DNA of 48,271 nt from a virus: the IMG/VR virus record IMGVR_UViG_3300021082_000006, one strand, 5' to 3'. The notes below the pieces were generated by a model. That model was given only the letters and a program-made list of their open reading frames with translations. It was not told the origin of the DNA and ran no database searches. Shown one piece after another: positions 41,301 to 48,271 of the stretch (positions are counted from its first letter, which is position 1; each line of letters starts with the position of its first letter). A program made the translations under genes and the position numbers.

Positions 41301-44300
41301 GACCAACCCCGAGGCCATGCAGGCGTTCAACGCGGCCAGCGATGTAGCGACGGGCAAGGCCAAGTCTGCGATTGACGAGGGCATGACCCGCGCCACCAAG
41401 CTGATGCGGGCCGAGGACGCCATCAGCTTTTTCTCCGAGACGATGGGCGACGAGACACTTCGCGCCTACCTCGATGGCCCCCGCGGGAAGCAGTTCCTCG
41501 ACGCCCTGGTGCGCGATGGCGTCGTAAGCCGGGCCGAGCTGGGCCGGCTGGTGCAGGACGGGAAGCTCACGCCGGAAGCGAAGCAACTGCTCGAGCGGAC
41601 CATGTACGCCGCGGCGGTGGGCGACCCGGACGTGCTCGAGCGCATCCCCGGCAAGATCAAGCAGAAGCTCGACACCGCGGTGCCGGCCATTGTCCGCGCC
41701 AACGCGATTGAGGGCTACTCCCTCCAGGAGCCCTTGCAGTCGGCGCTCCGCGAGCTCGCCAACGTGAGCGAGGCGGGGGCCGGCATCAGCTCGCTCGCAG
41801 ACCTCCGCGCCCAGGCTTCCATGTTCGGGGACGACCCGCTGGTGATGGCGGGCCGGGGGCTGGCGGACTACCTCGAGGCGAACCCCAAGGCGAAGGTGAC
41901 GGAGGCGTTCCAGCGGTATGCGAACGGGGCCAAGGAGGCGACCGCGCATGGCGGGGCCGACGACATTTTCGGCACGCCACCGGAGACGCCGGAGCAGCTT
42001 GTAGCGCGGGCGTTCGGTCGGCCCCCGGAGGAGGGCAAGGGCCTGGGCCGGGCCGGCTACATCGGGGTGCGGGACAAGCCGCTGCCCGAGCGGACCTGGC
42101 AAGAGGAGGTGACGGCGCTTCGAGCGGACGGGGAGCACGAGGCGGCGGACGCCCTGGCGTCGTTCATGGAGGGCAGCGAGCGCGACACCCCGGTGTTTCA
42201 CGGGACCGTCTACAGTTTTGACGACTTCATCTACCACCAGGATGACGTTGGGCACCATACCGGCAACGCCGACCAGGCGAACGACCGGCTCGCCATTCTC
42301 CACACGGCGGACCCGGCGAACCATGCCGCGGGCGGGCAGCTGATGCCGCTCTGGGTCCGCGGCAAGTACGCCGAGGTAACGGACTTCGGCAGCTGGGAGG
42401 CCGATCGGGTCGCCTCGGAGCTCCTGGCCGACAAGACCATCACCACCGAGCAGTACCAGCGGATCGTCCAGACCGGCGGGCGGTCGCAGCAATTCCGCGT
42501 GCTCCGCTGGACGCTCAAGGAGAACGGCTATTCCGGCGTCAAGTACCGGAACGCCTTCGAGGGGGGCGCCAGCCAGGAGTGGCGGGCCAACAACGAATAC
42601 AAGCGAAAGACGGGTCAGCCGGAAATGACCCGCCAGGAGTTCATGGAGGCGGCTTACCCCGGCAAGTCTCTCCTGCAAGAAGGGGCGGGCGACCAAAACT
42701 TCAGCTACGCGGTGTTCGAGCCGGGGGACCTGAAGTCTGCGACCGGCAACCGCGGGACGTTCAACCCAGGGGTGCCGGACGTGCGGGGCGCCTCGGGCGT
42801 GGGCGGGATGGCCGGCATGGTGCTGGGCGGTGGCGCCGGCTTCGCGGCGGGGAGCCAGGTGGGCGACACGCCCGAGGAACGGCTGCGGAACGGGCTCCTG
42901 GCTGGGCTGGCGGGCCTGACGCTGGGCGGCGGGCTGGGCCTGACCGCCGGCGGGAAGGGCACGGGGCGCGGCATCCTGGGGCTCGAGGGCCTCGAGCGCG
43001 GGGCGATGGGCGAGCGCCGGGTGCCGCTGCCGGGCCGGAGCTGGCAGGACCACGCGGCGGGGCTGGAGCGGGCCGGCCACCCCGAGGCGGCGGCGAACCT
43101 GACCCGCTTCATGGGAAACAGCAAGGTGCCGAAGGTGGTGTTCCACGGGACCACCCACGACTTCAACGCCTTCGATCCCACCAGGGCGAACATCGAGAAC
43201 AACTGGGGGCAGGGCATCTATTTCACCGATGCTCCCCTGGACATGATGGCGAATTACGCTCGCGTGGGGCCGGACCTGACCCAGCGCATCGAGATGACCG
43301 CCGAGCAGCTCCAGTGGGACGAGACGATGACCGCCGAGGAGGCGCGGAGCCGGGCGCGGAAGCAGCTTGTTGGCCCGCATGAGGGCGCGGCGATGCCGGC
43401 GTACATCAACCTCGAGAACCCGGCCATCGTGGGCGGGGCGGACGAGACGCGCCTCACCCTCGAGGAGCACTTCGATGCGGAGGGGGAGTGGGACGGCGAG
43501 GAGCCGACCGGGAGCCTGATCGGGTTCATCGAGAGCCTCCAGGACAACGCCGAGCGGTTCGGCGTCCAGCACGGGGACATGCTGAGTGTGGTCGAGCGCC
43601 TGTACGGGGAAGCGGCGGGCGGCGACGGCCTCACGGTGCGCGAAGCACAGAAGATCGTCCAAAACTCCGATGAGCTGCTGGACGCGACGGACGACAACGG
43701 GGCCATTGCGAGCTCGGAGCTGGTGCGCCTCGCGCTCGAGCACGTTGGGTTCGATGGCGTGATCGACCGCACCGTCTACGACAAGTTCGGCCCGCCGAAG
43801 CGGGGCCTGTTCAAGGGTGTTGGCGGGATGCAGGGCCTCGAGCCGACCACAACGCACTACGTCGCGTTCAAGCCGGAGCAGATCAAGAGCGCCACCGGGA
43901 ACCGGGGGACATTCAGCCCGGATGTAACCGATGTAACGGGTGCCATTGGGGACCAACCCAGGAAGGGGCCGCGGGAGCAGCCGGAGCTCCAGGAGGGCGG
44001 CGAGTCGGATGGCGGCGACGAGCCGACCTGGGAGGAAATCCAGGACAGGATGGGCCAGCCCAGGGTGCATGACTCGCCCGAGGGGTTCAGCTACTACATC
44101 GGCAACAACCTCAGCGGCCTGGAGCACCACCTCAAGCAGGCGGACGAGCTCGACCGCACCGGGCGCGTTACCTACGAGGCATACGACGACCCGGACGACC
44201 CGGAGTACAGTCGGCCCGCCAGGGAAGCCGACGAGGGGGAGACGGATTACCTCCGCCAGGTGCTCCCCCAGCGGACCCGCAGTGCCCGGCACCACATCAA

Positions 44301-47300
44301 GCAGCTCGTCCGGGAGTTCCGGGAGAAGCACCCGCAGGAGCCGGTGCCGCACGCGGATCGCCTGCGCGCCCAGGGCTTCGAGGTTCCCGAGCCCGGCGCC
44401 CTGAGCCTGTTCGATGAGGCGCCCGAGCAGCCGCGCTCGCGCTACGAGGTGGACGAGGACGCAACCGGCTACGACCCGGTGAACGAGCCGGACGACTACG
44501 AGCTCCTCCCGTTCGAGGTGGAGCGCGAGAAGATGCTCCAGAGCGGCGACGGGTGGGAGCGGGTGCGGGCGATGCGGGACAAGGCGCAACGCTGGGACAG
44601 CCCGGCGTGGGACACGCCGGAAGGTGCGGAGGCACACGCCCAGGTCCGGCGCGAGCAGCTCAAGTTGAGCCAGGCGGAGCGCGAGGCGCGTGGGCACGAC
44701 CGCAGTGCCGAGCTCCGCGATGCCCGGGCGGACATGGACCTCAAGTACAACGAGCAGTACGGCGGCGCCTCTCCGCGCTTCTTGCCAGCGCAGGAGCGGT
44801 ATCGGGCGGCGATCATGGCGTTCAACGAGGAGGGACCCACGACCGGGCGCTACGTCTACGCCGACGATGGCGGCACGCTCCGGTTCTTCGAGAAGGAGGA
44901 CCTCCTCGACACGATGCAGCAGCTCGCGGACGCCAGGGCTATTTCGGACGTGCTCCCGTCGAGCGACCCTGGGCGGGACTCGCCGGGCTACGCCAAGGCC
45001 ATGAAGGCGTGGGTGAAGGCCAACAACGCCTCCATGAGCACCCTGCCGCGCAAGATCGACCACATGCTCGGCGCGCACCCGGAGCTCCGCGAAGCAATCC
45101 AGGGCTGGAAGCCGGGCGTGAAGCCGGAGGCCGGGCCGGACCTGTTCGCACAGGGGCCGGAAGCACAGGGCATCACCCCCAGCCATACCGAGTGGCTCCG
45201 CCAGCGCCCGCCCGCGCCGGCGCCGAAGGGGATGCTCGGCCTCGAGGACATGGCCGCGCCCGAGGGGCCGGCGCTCTCGCGCCTGGAGGAGACGGATGCG
45301 GTCTACAAGGCACGCGCCGCGGAGTACGAGGAGGCGCGGGTCAAGTACCACGACCAGGAGATTGGCGACGAGGAGTTCCTGGCCGCTCGCCAGGCGCGGG
45401 ACGAGGCGCTCGCGGCGTGGGAGGAGGCCGAGGCCGAGGCGTCCATGCCGGCGCTCCTGCGGAGCGCGAAGGCCGAGACGGCGAAGCCGACGCACACCGT
45501 CGTGCAGGAGGGTCCCGCCTCCTGGGGGGTGAAGCAGCCGGACGGCCAGACGGTACGCTCGGGCCTGCTGACGAAGGGCGGTGCGGAGGAGATTGCCGCC
45601 TCGCTCGACCACGAGCGCCCGACGCCCAGGGCGCCGCGGTATGAGCTGTTCCCGGAGGAGAAGGCGGCGCGGGACGTGGAGCGGGAGGCCCAACAGGCGC
45701 TCAAGATGGACACCAGCCCGGTGCGGGGACCGCAGGGCATGAAGGACGCGCTCCGCCGGGCCAACCTCATCGTGAACGACCCGAAGCAGGCGTTCCTCGC
45801 CAAGAACGGGCGGGCGACCCAGGTATACAAGGACGCCCAGGCGCTCCTCGCCCGCGGGGAGAAGATCGGCACCAGCGAGCTCGGGCACCGGCTCGAGGAG
45901 CTCCGCGGGGAGGAGAAGCGCGAGACGCCGAAGGACGACGGCACGCTCACGCTGTTTGCGAACCCGATTCCCCAGGTGCTCCAGGGGATCGCCAGCCACC
46001 GGCTTCCCTCGACCGCGGTGCTGGCGACGACGGGCGCGCTCCTCTCCGACAGCGACGACCCGAACATCCAGAAGATCGGGCACTTCACGGTGGCCCTGGC
46101 CGCGCTCCACGGGATCGGCATGAAGCGCATCAGTGCTGCCGGCGGGGCGGCGGGCCGGACGATGGTGCGGTCCATGATGCGGCACGACGCCGGCAAGGCC
46201 ACGCTCCGGTTCCTCCACCCCGAGGCGCTCCTCTCGCCCGAGGTGAAGGAGGCCATCAAGGCGTTCGAGCTGCTCCGCTCGAAGGGCAAGGCCATCCGGG
46301 GCCAGTGGGAGAAGAAGGCCCAGGCGCTCGGGCCGGTGGGCGACCGGGTGGTGTCCGACCTCATCGAGCTCGAGGACCACGGGGAGGGCGGGCAGCTCAA
46401 CCCGGCGGACATGCAGGCAACGCTGGACGTTGCCGCCGGCATCGCCGCGGAGTGGGAGCAGATCGGGGACCTCAAGGTGCAGTCGGAGGTGCTCCCCCAG
46501 CACGCGGTAGACGCGCACCGGGGGACCTACGCCGGGCCGCGGCTCTACGCCGAGTTCGAGGCCCTGGACGCGCTGGGCCAGAAGGTGGCGCCGGGCCAGC
46601 CGCGGAAGGTCCGCATCCAGGATCAGAAGCGGCGCACCCTGGGCAGCGACCTCGAGAGCATGGTGACCCGCTCGGAGCTCGGAGAAATCCGGGAGTCCAG
46701 TGCGCGGCTCCGCGGGCTCGAGAAGGGCTACGCGGACGTAGCGGCGGCGAAGCTGTTCCAGAGCCTCCGCTCGATTCCGGGCGTGGTGCATCCTGACTTC
46801 AAGATGGCCCTCGATGACTTCCTCGCGGCGCGCTCGATGTGGCAGCAGGCGAAGGCGGTGAAGGACGTGGCCGGCCAGCAGATTGCCGAGGGCATGATGC
46901 AGCAGTCCAAGAGCGACATGGACGCCATCACCCGGCAGTTCAGCACCGGCCAGGGCGACTACGTGTCGATGCCGGACGGGAAGGGGATGGGCGTGCTCCG
47001 CGGGATGGTGGTGACCAAGGAGGTTGCCAACAGCCTGAACGGGCTCCCAGACCTCCGGTTTACCGGGCCGTTCATGCGGTTCTGGAAGGCCAAGACCACG
47101 ATCTTCAACCCCGGCACCCACGTCGGCAACGTGATGAGCAACGTCACGATGCTGCACATGGCGGGCGTGCCGGCGTGGAAGCAGCCGGTACTCCTCCGGG
47201 GCGCCGCGAAGGACATGGCGAGCTACGGGCCGGCGACCCAGGCGCTCGCGGAGGCCGGCGTCCTGGACGTGAACGTGGTCACCGCCAACACCGAGGGCGC

Positions 47301-48271
47301 TGCCGGCACGGTGCGCGCCACCCGGAAGGAGCTCCTCCGCCAGCTCAAGACCGGGAAGAAGCAGGCGACGGACGTGCTCGAGGAGCTCGGGCTCAAGGAA
47401 ACGACCTGGGACCGCATCAAGGCGCTGGGGGAGAAGATTCGCGGCCCGCTGGCCCGGCTCTACAACAACGAGGACAACATCTTCCGGGTCGCCTACGCGC
47501 AGCACGCCTCGACACCGGTGTCTCGCGGGGGCCTGGGCATGTCGATGGACGAGGCGGTGGAAGCCTCCCGGAAGGACCTCATCGACTTCCGCACCCGCTC
47601 GCCGGCCATCCGGCTCCTGGGCGGGTCCATCGCGCCGTTCATCCTGTACCCGGCCAAGGCGATCCCGACCTTCGCCCGGCACGTCATTGAACACCCGTGG
47701 CGCTACCTCGGCCTGGTGGCGGCATGGACCGCGCTCGACAAGCACAGCCAGGAGAAGGTGGGACCCATCGACCAGCTCGACCTCCCGCCGGACCAGCGGC
47801 GCGGTTGGGCCGGGACGGCGCTCCCAGGGCTGACACAGGTGCCGTTCGAGGGACCGAGCGGGGCGAAGGGCGCGTTCGACATTGCGCGCTGGACGCCGCT
47901 CTCGGGCCTGACGGACGCCTCGCCCCCAGGGTCCGCGACTTCCGTGGCGTTCGATAACTGGCCGCGGCTCCTCTCGCCCAGCGGGCCGCTCACCGACATT
48001 GGCGCCCGGCTGGCGAACACCGACCCGTACACCGGGCAGAAGTTGGTGCCGCGCTCGGCTACGCCGGGGGAGTTTGGTGAGGTGGTGGCGGAGGGTGCCG
48101 CGGACCTGCTGCTCCCGCCGGCCCTCGGCTTCCATCGGCGCCGGCTGACGGAGGACATTCAGAGTGGGGACCGTGCCGCGGTGGCGAACGATGCCGCCGG
48201 CCTGGTCGGCCTCCGCCCCCGTTATGTTCGGCCCGGCCAGTACCAGCAGCGGGCGCAGTACGAGCTCGAGC
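38326..48271 (+). CDS. Giant multi-domain ('polyvalent') protein, 3,363 codons in total. The ORF is open at the window end and finishes at 271-273 after circularisation.
   Basis: GTG 38326 overlaps the upstream stop (GTGA). I translated every line from 38341 to 48271 in the line-start phase and found no stop. Readable motifs are GSPGSGKST (40120-40146), VLSGNQRT (41104-41127), FHGT (42196-42207 and 43141-43152), GQGIYFTD (43207-43230) and KSATGNRGTF (42733-42762 and 43885-43914). Confidence 0.8.
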   Translation, partial: MSPLQGPDDPKKKKPPQPVVAEEPFDVDAFEAEAGQQPVAVEEEPFDVDAFEAEGNVAQATFEPVETRPERARVNLNLGQPVQDHSPIQRAIQGTPRLSERIPTDKPGTLGTLSAMASEVATQNENAVRGGAKAWFGAPVEVQGMLRRITDAAKATEAQPDGLEFGFGDYRLRPGRTLPAVGKALEEVAPTEESLAGQEKVVEGVFQPEGPAGKAGEVLGGFATVAAEYGMVGRATRGLMGEGSFLARLAAQGPLGTATANALVVAPADVAFGVADPYPSFVERFGEVGGRAASAGVNVLANVAAEYGLHAAADITGRKARNARDYGDMRRVGESLDDLGRIEASMKVQESAVMQGRSDLSNALEEMLNRKRAEELAARQAQEAAQAAVQNEPPSPMGSLLRGADEELLEGQRGAAARRGNAAEEAAKAAEAEQAREALANAIRGFHEAGGVAPVEGAATPFQRNYESIFAKADEVLPAEPPGEPPADAGGAAEAEPPAWDAHMTPIEREDLRTRVQSEPRLTDFDDDDILDARMRQKDQVPVDYSQTPEGLEKRQANVETLLDNRGEAEFGGELGDIPGRAEAPHRAGEVPELHILTGSPGSGKSTIVKGLIQDEGMLGATLVDTDEGKKLIEGFDEGRGANLVHKESQAHWRELMDRGQAEGRDLIMPTVGTNQAVLEGIIQRAKQRGYEVFLHHVDIPKAEAGKRAVARFRDRTGKLARFVDPHYVVNVVGDAPREVHGRVKRLPELSGTRHLDNMVPRGSKPNVIEGTGRYAPTGGEAAELRAGGGTLDEGLGGAGAGGVGEGGADATGLPAPAAPEPAAPQAPRPRIRGVEGPESRVTLADGTKYPVTFRIVEAGDLQPSHNAQTFEPNPVYPKGVQGRRYHADRAAQENVVEAATKLDADLLLNDTGTAEGTPIVTGGGTVLSGNQRTMTLQRAAAVDIAEPGNRFEMYVDALRERLESLGLPEDALDQFENPVLVREVSAEHVDPTNPEAMQAFNAASDVATGKAKSAIDEGMTRATKLMRAEDAISFFSETMGDETLRAYLDGPRGKQFLDALVRDGVVSRAELGRLVQDGKLTPEAKQLLERTMYAAAVGDPDVLERIPGKIKQKLDTAVPAIVRANAIEGYSLQEPLQSALRELANVSEAGAGISSLADLRAQASMFGDDPLVMAGRGLADYLEANPKAKVTEAFQRYANGAKEATAHGGADDIFGTPPETPEQLVARAFGRPPEEGKGLGRAGYIGVRDKPLPERTWQEEVTALRADGEHEAADALASFMEGSERDTPVFHGTVYSFDDFIYHQDDVGHHTGNADQANDRLAILHTADPANHAAGGQLMPLWVRGKYAEVTDFGSWEADRVASELLADKTITTEQYQRIVQTGGRSQQFRVLRWTLKENGYSGVKYRNAFEGGASQEWRANNEYKRKTGQPEMTRQEFMEAAYPGKSLLQEGAGDQNFSYAVFEPGDLKSATGNRGTFNPGVPDVRGASGVGGMAGMVLGGGAGFAAGSQVGDTPEERLRNGLLAGLAGLTLGGGLGLTAGGKGTGRGILGLEGLERGAMGERRVPLPGRSWQDHAAGLERAGHPEAAANLTRFMGNSKVPKVVFHGTTHDFNAFDPTRANIENNWGQGIYFTDAPLDMMANYARVGPDLTQRIEMTAEQLQWDETMTAEEARSRARKQLVGPHEGAAMPAYINLENPAIVGGADETRLTLEEHFDAEGEWDGEEPTGSLIGFIESLQDNAERFGVQHGDMLSVVERLYGEAAGGDGLTVREAQKIVQNSDELLDATDDNGAIASSELVRLALEHVGFDGVIDRTVYDKFGPPKRGLFKGVGGMQGLEPTTTHYVAFKPEQIKSATGNRGTFSPDVTDVTGAIGDQPRKGPREQPELQEGGESDGGDEPTWEEIQDRMGQPRVHDSPEGFSYYIGNNLSGLEHHLKQADELDRTGRVTYEAYDDPDDPEYSRPAREADEGETDYLRQVLPQRTRSARHHIKQLVREFREKHPQEPVPHADRLRAQGFEVPEPGALSLFDEAPEQPRSRYEVDEDATGYDPVNEPDDYELLPFEVEREKMLQSGDGWERVRAMRDKAQRWDSPAWDTPEGAEAHAQVRREQLKLSQAEREARGHDRSAELRDARADMDLKYNEQYGGASPRFLPAQERYRAAIMAFNEEGPTTGRYVYADDGGTLRFFEKEDLLDTMQQLADARAISDVLPSSDPGRDSPGYAKAMKAWVKANNASMSTLPRKIDHMLGAHPELREAIQGWKPGVKPEAGPDLFAQGPEAQGITPSHTEWLRQRPPAPAPKGMLGLEDMAAPEGPALSRLEETDAVYKARAAEYEEARVKYHDQEIGDEEFLAARQARDEALAAWEEAEAEASMPALLRSAKAETAKPTHTVVQEGPASWGVKQPDGQTVRSGLLTKGGAEEIAASLDHERPTPRAPRYELFPEEKAARDVEREAQQALKMDTSPVRGPQGMKDALRRANLIVNDPKQAFLAKNGRATQVYKDAQALLARGEKIGTSELGHRLEELRGEEKRETPKDDGTLTLFANPIPQVLQGIASHRLPSTAVLATTGALLSDSDDPNIQKIGHFTVALAALHGIGMKRISAAGGAAGRTMVRSMMRHDAGKATLRFLHPEALLSPEVKEAIKAFELLRSKGKAIRGQWEKKAQALGPVGDRVVSDLIELEDHGEGGQLNPADMQATLDVAAGIAAEWEQIGDLKVQSEVLPQHAVDAHRGTYAGPRLYAEFEALDALGQKVAPGQPRKVRIQDQKRRTLGSDLESMVTRSELGEIRESSARLRGLEKGYADVAAAKLFQSLRSIPGVVHPDFKMALDDFLAARSMWQQAKAVKDVAGQQIAEGMMQQSKSDMDAITRQFSTGQGDYVSMPDGKGMGVLRGMVVTKEVANSLNGLPDLRFTGPFMRFWKAKTTIFNPGTHVGNVMSNVTMLHMAGVPAWKQPVLLRGAAKDMASYGPATQALAEAGVLDVNVVTANTEGAAGTVRATRKELLRQLKTGKKQATDVLEELGLKETTWDRIKALGEKIRGPLARLYNNEDNIFRVAYAQHASTPVSRGGLGMSMDEAVEASRKDLIDFRTRSPAIRLLGGSIAPFILYPAKAIPTFARHVIEHPWRYLGLVAAWTALDKHSQEKVGPIDQLDLPPDQRRGWAGTALPGLTQVPFEGPSGAKGAFDIARWTPLSGLTDASPPGSATSVAFDNWPRLLSPSGPLTDIGARLANTDPYTGQKLVPRSATPGEFGEVVAEGAADLLLPPALGFHRRRLTEDIQSGDRAAVANDAAGLVGLRPRYVRPGQYQQRAQYELE
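40625..40831 (+). other. Alternative-frame (+1) coding-like segment inside the giant ORF (MSSKGPGATPPPGEKPRNYGPGVGPWTKDSEELALEVWEKAAQTQRGFPPPPPPSPRRRKRPAPESGE, TAG at 40829-40831).
   Basis: Between about 40663 and 40830 the giant-ORF frame uses atypical A/T-ending codons (gga, gct, ggt, gaa, gca). The +1 frame uses the genome-typical G/C-ending set. Confidence 0.35.
48145..48271. repeat. Terminal direct repeat, right copy (identical to 1-127).
   Basis: Same 127-nt string as the window start. Confidence 0.95.

Noticed and set aside
40678-48135. The 2,485-aa minus-strand ORF, the longest in the supplied track.
   Set aside because: It is the antisense shadow of the + strand giant gene. Its product is Arg/Pro/Gly/His/Leu low-complexity with no recognisable motifs, and it has no SD or start context. 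Its third positions correspond to first positions of the sense codons, whereas the + frame shows clear domains and the genome's codon bias.
38326-48271. The giant protein as an N4-like virion RNA polymerase or as a tape-measure protein.
   Set aside because: I could not find T7-like RNAP motifs (T/DxxGR, R...K.......YG, HD-type motif C). The early promoters are sigma70-like, which implies use of host RNAP. The domain content (kinase, ParB, ART-like) is not that of a tape measure, and no tail tube or sheath genes are evident.
1-48271. A prophage or integrated element with host flanks, integrase and att sites.
   Set aside because: The window closes on itself, every gene is phage-like and on one strand, and I recognised no integrase, recombinase or CI-like repressor.

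Overview
This window is an apparently complete genome of a high-G+C (about two-thirds by eye) dsDNA tailed phage. Bases 1-127 are identical to 48145-48271, so the unit genome is 48,144 bp and is circular or circularly permuted in the assembly. All ~70 credible genes lie on the + strand and are tightly packed, many with ATGA/GTGA stop-start overlaps. Gene order: (2.9-6.0 kb) an RHH regulator, a YqaJ-type exonuclease with a putative annealing protein, then small Zn-ribbon, lipoprotein and membrane proteins. (6.2-15.4 kb) HNH endonuclease, DUF1376, VRR-NUC, DnaQ-like exonuclease, a sigma-region-4-like HTH protein, DUF932, DUF3560, a TGT/DpdA-like candidate and many small ORFs, punctuated by five near-identical sigma70-type promoter/palindrome cassettes. 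(15.6-22.1 kb) GroES, TerS and a codon-usage island carrying TerL. (22.2-38.3 kb) portal, scaffold, capsid, tail/fibre and internal-virion genes. (38,326, wrapping to 273) one 3,363-codon ORF that the supplied ORF track cannot show because it crosses the window end. (0.27-2.7 kb) secreted and Pro-rich proteins, followed by a terminator. I saw no tRNA, rRNA, CRISPR array, integrase, DNA or RNA polymerase, or recognisable endolysin. The long minus-strand ORFs in the track, including the 2,485-aa one, are antisense shadows of + strand genes. The main find is the giant wrap-around gene. It reads as a virion-delivered 'polyvalent' effector protein with a zeta-toxin-like kinase, a ParB-like domain and two PARP/ART-like modules, and it contains an unresolved frame anomaly at 40.6-40.8 kb. 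Product names rest on motif recognition by eye and gene order. No database search was run.
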